IMG/VR virus record: IMGVR_UViG_3300007513_000003 | Source of the DNA: a virus | Taxonomy: Duplodnaviria > Caudoviricetes | Length of the DNA: 64,000 nt | Strand: one strand, 5' to 3' | Shown: positions 59,431 to 64,000 of the stretch, one piece after another | How positions within the stretch are numbered: position 1 is the stretch's first letter | Layout: each line of letters starts with the position of its first letter | Translations under genes and position numbers: made by a program | Notes under the pieces: model-generated | What the model saw: only the letters and a program-made list of their open reading frames with translations | Told to the model about the DNA's origin: nothing | Databases searched by the model: none

Positions 59431-61063
59431 CGCTGCCGCCAGTTTAATAGACGATTCTGGAAATATACTTTTTGCTGGACACGCGGAAAGATATAGTAAG
59501 CAAAAACACGACAATAACTTAAATTATGAATTAATAATTGACGCACTTAAACATGGATTTCCCGAAGTTGTTTCGTATTACGAAAATCCATGGATTAAAA
59601 AAACTCGCCAAGCATATTCCGGACAATGGAAAGATGCATTAAGTTTAAAAAATCTTTCCATTAAAAAAATGCTTGTTAAGCAAACTGAATTAAGTTGGAA
59701 TTTTACCAAACATTTTAATTATCATAATCACCATTTATCCCATGCCGCCGCGGGCTTTCAAACAAGTCCATTTAATGATGCAACTATAGTAGTTATTGAC
59801 GCGATAGGAGAATGGGATACTATTACAATATGGAATGCACAATACAATCACAATGGTTATGCAAAATACGAAAAAGTTTGGGGTGCAAAATATCCAAATA
59901 GTATTGGTTTGTTTTATAGTGCTATGACTGATCGCGTAGGCCTACGCCCACTAGATGAAGAATACATTTTAATGGGAATGGCCGCATATGGATTTCCAAT
60001 ATATTCGCGAGACTTAATTGATACCTTTTGGGAAACAAATAACTTAAATAAAATAGTTTTTAAACTAAAAGAGAACTTACACGCTGGTACAAATTGGCGA
60101 AGTAATGAACTTCGGTACGGCGCACGGCTCGCGGCCAATTACTTGGCAGAAATGGAAGATCAAGATAATTATGACATTGCGGCATCTTCGCAACAAGTTT
60201 TAGAGTTTATGGTAGGCCATATTATGACTCACGCTAAAAAACATTGCAAATCTACAAATTTAGTTTATATGGGCGGCGTTGCATTAAATTGCGTTGCAAA
60301 TACAAAAGTAGCAAATAACTGGAATAATATTTGGATTATGCCTAATCCAGGAGATGCTGGTAGCAGTTTAGGTGCCGCCGCATTAACATATGGTAAAAAA
60401 TTAAATTGGGAGCATCCATATCTCGGCTATGATATTAGTGGCCAATATCCAGAAGCAGAGATTATAAAAGAGTTGTTAGAAGGAAACATCGTGGGTGTTG
60501 CTAACGGTAAAGCAGAGTTTGGTCCAAGAGCATTAGGCAATAGAAGTTTATTAGCAGATCCACGCGGTGATGATATTAAAGATAAAGTAAATGAAATAAA
60601 ACGCAGACAAAAGTTTCGTCCATTTGCGCCAATGATATTAGAAGAAAGAGCACATGAGTATTTTGATATGCCAGATACTTTATTGTTTGAAACAGCAACT
60701 AGAGCAGATTATGCAAACAAACATGGCGTAATACTACATCGCAATAAAAGGAAATTAGCATCTCCTTATATGCAGTTTGTAGCCAAATGTAAGAAGCCAA
60801 AAGAGTTCCCGGCTATTGTACATGCAGACGGAACAAGTAGAGTGCAAACAGTAGGCCCAAATGATAATCCAAATGTAAGAAATTTACTTAAAATGTGGGA
60901 ATACTATACAGGTTGTCCAATGTTATTAAATACCAGTTTAAATATTAGAGGTGAGCCAATGGTAAATGATGTTGCCGATGCTATAAGATTTACTAAAAAA
61001 TATGGCATTCCTGTATATACTGCCGCCGGTGCAGTTACCATGGGTAGGCATGTGAGGTTTTAA
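59396..61063 (+). CDS. Carbamoyltransferase, NodU/CmcH/TobZ family
   Basis: HDAAA, HHLSHAA, MGMAAYG, GGVALNC, GDAG, EFGPRALGNRSLLADPR, FRPFAP, HADGTSRVQTV and LLNTSLN. Confidence 0.95.
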   Translation: MKILGISCGFHDAAASLIDDSGNILFAGHAERYSKQKHDNNLNYELIIDALKHGFPEVVSYYENPWIKKTRQAYSGQWKDALSLKNLSIKKMLVKQTELSWNFTKHFNYHNHHLSHAAAGFQTSPFNDATIVVIDAIGEWDTITIWNAQYNHNGYAKYEKVWGAKYPNSIGLFYSAMTDRVGLRPLDEEYILMGMAAYGFPIYSRDLIDTFWETNNLNKIVFKLKENLHAGTNWRSNELRYGARLAANYLAEMEDQDNYDIAASSQQVLEFMVGHIMTHAKKHCKSTNLVYMGGVALNCVANTKVANNWNNIWIMPNPGDAGSSLGAAALTYGKKLNWEHPYLGYDISGQYPEAEIIKELLEGNIVGVANGKAEFGPRALGNRSLLADPRGDDIKDKVNEIKRRQKFRPFAPMILEERAHEYFDMPDTLLFETATRADYANKHGVILHRNKRKLASPYMQFVAKCKKPKEFPAIVHADGTSRVQTVGPNDNPNVRNLLKMWEYYTGCPMLLNTSLNIRGEPMVNDVADAIRFTKKYGIPVYTAAGAVTMGRHVRF

Positions 61064-61067
61064 TATA

Positions 61068-61640
61068 ATGGATAAAAATACAATAGTAATATATGGCGCA
61101 AAAAGGAGTGGTAATCATTATTTGCAAAGTTATTTTAAAAACCAAGGGCATGAGTGCGAATTTAGACATGAAGCAGATTACGCTAAAAAATTATATGATG
61201 AAAAAGGAAAACATCTAATAGTTTTAGTGCGTAATCCTAGAGACCAAATTATATCTAACTCTTATAGTATGTTTAATGCTGATAAAGATGGGTATAGCGT
61301 GGGCACAAAAAATCGACCATTAACAGATTTATCTCCGCAAGAAATACCATATCAAGTTGTTGGTTCAGCATGCCAATACCTTAAAGATTTTACAGATACC
61401 ATGGTACCGCTTATAGCAACTCGCCCATACCAGTTCATATTATATGATACCATAGCACAGAAAAATTTAAACAGTATATACACAAAACGCGATCTAGAAT
61501 ATTATAAAAAAGCAATCTTAAATTATGATGGTATTTTAGATGTGCTTAATAGAAGCGACATAGAAGAATATTGTTTAAAAATATGGCGAGCGTTTAATCT
61601 TCAACAAACAGTTTTTTATCCTGAATTAGCAAATGTATGA
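61068..61640 (+). CDS. Sulfotransferase-like P-loop protein
   Basis: GAKRSGNHYL resembles the 5'-PSB loop; VRNPRDQIIS resembles the 3'-PB motif. Confidence 0.65.
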   Translation: MDKNTIVIYGAKRSGNHYLQSYFKNQGHECEFRHEADYAKKLYDEKGKHLIVLVRNPRDQIISNSYSMFNADKDGYSVGTKNRPLTDLSPQEIPYQVVGSACQYLKDFTDTMVPLIATRPYQFILYDTIAQKNLNSIYTKRDLEYYKKAILNYDGILDVLNRSDIEEYCLKIWRAFNLQQTVFYPELANV

Positions 61641-61767
61641 CATAATATAAATATAATTAATACTATAAAAATTTCTATAAAATTAATATAAACAAGTTCA
61701 ATCAAATAATATTTTCAATTAATTAATAATTAAATTCGATCAAATAGTTTTTCGATTAGGAAAACAT

Positions 61768-62697
61768 TTGATGAACAGGATTGAACTAGTTAGCCAAGGG
61801 CGTTCTTTGGCAGTTATTGAGTTTCGGAATCATCCATTTGTTAACAAATGGTTCGAACATTGGAAATATATAAACTCTAATTTCCAAGCATATACGCTAA
61901 ATTATCTATATCCAACAAATTCGTGGAAGCCAGCACCGTCTATAGACATAGTTAAAAAATCAATTGATTCTATTAGAGACGCGGGGTTATACCTAAACTC
62001 TATTACAAATACACATATATTCCCATATGATTCAGATAATTTTCCAAGTTATGATATTTTCTTAGAAAATGGATTAGAAGCACAGCAATATTTAAACACA
62101 TTCCATAGGCATTTTACTAATGGTATTCGCGAACCTCATGGAAGAGATTTATTAAAAAATGGAATGATTAAAAAAGAAGAGGATACATCCAATTGGATTA
62201 ACAGAATACAAGAAATCAACCAAGCAGTTCATGACTTAGATAGTTATACAAGAACTCCCCATTTGCAAAGTATTCCTATTTTAGATTATTTCAGTATACA
62301 GTATCATTTATATAATGAAAACATGTATCTGTCAGAAAGTGTTCATTGTCCTATTACACCCGAAGAATGTTTAAGTGCGGCAGATGATAGTAATAATTGG
62401 AATGTGTGGCTAAAAGTAGATTTACTAGGCAAAGATTACATAACAGGATTTATAAATCATGATAATCCTACTGAATGGGATATACAATATTTAAATAATT
62501 ATACTGGTATGTTTGTACTTTATCCTAACAAAACGCCAGTAGATTTTTGCAAAAACAAAATATTTTACAAATGGTTGCAACAATATAACTTAGAATATGA
62601 TCCTAGAATGTGTGGCATTCCGCTTGGTAAAATAAACTATATTGTAGATGATTATCATAATTATCATAATTCAGATTTATTGATTCAAGAATTGTAG
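61768..62697 (+). CDS. Hypothetical protein; paralog of 55425-56531 (start probably ATG 61771)
   Basis: NTFHRHF, INQAVHDLD, LGKDY and CGIPLGKI. Confidence 0.75.
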   Translation: MMNRIELVSQGRSLAVIEFRNHPFVNKWFEHWKYINSNFQAYTLNYLYPTNSWKPAPSIDIVKKSIDSIRDAGLYLNSITNTHIFPYDSDNFPSYDIFLENGLEAQQYLNTFHRHFTNGIREPHGRDLLKNGMIKKEEDTSNWINRIQEINQAVHDLDSYTRTPHLQSIPILDYFSIQYHLYNENMYLSESVHCPITPEECLSAADDSNNWNVWLKVDLLGKDYITGFINHDNPTEWDIQYLNNYTGMFVLYPNKTPVDFCKNKIFYKWLQQYNLEYDPRMCGIPLGKINYIVDDYHNYHNSDLLIQEL

Positions 62698-62745
62698 TAA
62701 ATTCTATTAACAAAATTAAATATTATATACAGTAAGATTTCCCAC

Positions 62746-64000
62746 ATGTATGACATAATAAGCAGGGATGACATCGATGACATTCACGAGGCGGCCGCCA
62801 AATGCAAAACGAGATATTTTTGGTACGTTGATCATGGTGTTGATTGTACTGGGTTTGATTTCAATTGGGTTCCTGTACCATGGGAATCCGAGTTTGTACA
62901 TATCTTCCCAAGCAAATGGCAACGTGACGGCGGAATAAGATTAGTCAATAAGCAACATCCCGAAGAACAAATAAAATTACATAATAGTAATGTTGTTCCA
63001 CGAGAATCTACGAAAAGAAATTGGATTCTCAATGACGATACTGATTACAGTAACTTCGACTTCAGTTGGCATCCTGACAATTTGGATGACGATTTTACAT
63101 ACGTCTTTCCTTCGCAGTGGCAAAGAGATGGTGGCACGTACTATGTTACAGAGCCTGGCGCGCCTAAGAAGTATGTTAGTGATCAGGTAACAAAACGCAC
63201 AAACTGTTTGGATAACTGGAAACTACCGAATGTAGACACAACTGAGTTCGACTTTAGTTGGCACCCCGATCCTGCTGAAAAACCTTACACGTATGTTTTC
63301 GCTTCGCAATGGCAACGTGATAGTGGAACACACTATATTACAGAACCCGGCGCACCGCGTAAGTACGCTAATGACCAAACAACAATAAGAGATGTTCCTG
63401 TTAGTTCCGATACTAGTGTTGTGTCTGCAGATAATATTAAACATACTAGCGATATTAAACACGGTTGGAAACTACATGAAGATACAGACTACAGTAACTT
63501 TGACTTTAGTTGGCATCCTGATCCATCACACGGAGATTTTACTTATGTGTTTCCTTCACAATGGCAAAGAGATGGCGGTACATACTATGTTACAAGTCCT
63601 AATGCACCGCGTAAGTATGTTAGTGATCAGGTAACAAAAAGAATACCAAATAAAGATAATTGGAGTCTCAACAAATATACTGACTATACTAATTTCGATT
63701 TTAGCTGGCATCCTGACCCATCATATGGTAACTACACGTATGTTTTCCCTTCGCAATGGCAACGTGATGGCGGCACATATTATGTAACTGCCCTCGATTC
63801 GCCTAAAAAGTATATTAGCGACCAAGTAACAAAACGTACCAACTGTCTAGATAATTGGGAATTGCCAGACAATATAGACACAAGTGAGTTTGACTTTAGT
63901 TGGCATCCTGATCCCTCGCACGGCGACTACACATATGTATTTCCTTCATTATGGCAACGTAATAGCAATGTTTGTTATACTACAAAAGAAGGTGCACCAA
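62746..64000 (+). CDS. Trp-rich tandem-repeat protein, truncated at the window end (at least 418 aa)
   Basis: Not in the ORF track because it has no stop in the window. Open from ATG 62746. Six units with core F-D-F-(S/N)-W at 62854, 63055, 63247, 63499, 63694 and 63889. Confidence 0.85.
   Translation, partial: MYDIISRDDIDDIHEAAAKCKTRYFWYVDHGVDCTGFDFNWVPVPWESEFVHIFPSKWQRDGGIRLVNKQHPEEQIKLHNSNVVPRESTKRNWILNDDTDYSNFDFSWHPDNLDDDFTYVFPSQWQRDGGTYYVTEPGAPKKYVSDQVTKRTNCLDNWKLPNVDTTEFDFSWHPDPAEKPYTYVFASQWQRDSGTHYITEPGAPRKYANDQTTIRDVPVSSDTSVVSADNIKHTSDIKHGWKLHEDTDYSNFDFSWHPDPSHGDFTYVFPSQWQRDGGTYYVTSPNAPRKYVSDQVTKRIPNKDNWSLNKYTDYTNFDFSWHPDPSYGNYTYVFPSQWQRDGGTYYVTALDSPKKYISDQVTKRTNCLDNWELPDNIDTSEFDFSWHPDPSHGDYTYVFPSLWQRNSNVCYTTKEGAP

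Noticed and set aside
1116-63634. The many short antisense or alternate-frame ORFs in the track (e.g. 1848-2219, 3475-3924, 15752-16312, 33600-34322, 48205-48693)
   Set aside because: They lie wholly within well-supported genes and read as reverse-frame shadows without motifs or SD sites.
1-64000. Stop-codon reassignment, as in some jumbo phages
   Set aside because: Very long ORFs (up to 4936 aa) are intact in the standard code, and TAA, TAG and TGA all end genes at tight junctions.
62850-64000. CRISPR array
   Set aside because: The repeats are in-frame, degenerate at third codon positions and about 195 nt apart, so they are protein repeats. No cas genes are present.
1-64000. tRNA or rRNA genes, integrase or transposase
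   Set aside because: No cloverleaf or recognisable motifs were seen by eye. A tRNAscan-SE run would be needed to exclude tRNAs fully.

Overview
This is a 64 kb segment of an AT-rich, distantly T4-related jumbo myophage read in the standard genetic code. From left to right it holds: (1) a head module on the minus strand, with a truncated acidic scaffold-like gene, a small gene and the portal gp20; (2) a tape-measure-like gene divergent from a gp26-like tail/baseplate chaperone that appears to carry a programmed -1 frameshift; (3) an accessory patch with two micro membrane proteins, a DUF1415-like gene plus an inverted remnant of its 3' end, an Arg/Leu-tRNA-protein transferase-like gene, a GC-rich structured non-coding region, a resolvase and an Hc1 histone-like protein; (4) the T4-order gp55-gp47-gp46 block; (5) the baseplate/tail module, including a 4936-aa giant virion protein and tail fibres; (6) a ~23.6 kb co-oriented tailoring cluster that starts at a perfect sigma70 promoter and encodes 3 GT-A glycosyltransferase-like proteins, 9 radical SAM enzymes, a carbamoyltransferase, 2 SGNH proteins, a sulfotransferase-like protein, a 2OG-Fe(II)-like protein, a HugZ/PNPOx-like protein, an Smr domain and a Trp-rich repeat protein. 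The best candidates for undescribed biology are the rSAM/GT tailoring cluster, the gp26 frameshift and the structured RNA candidate. All family calls come from motif recognition by eye; no database search was run.
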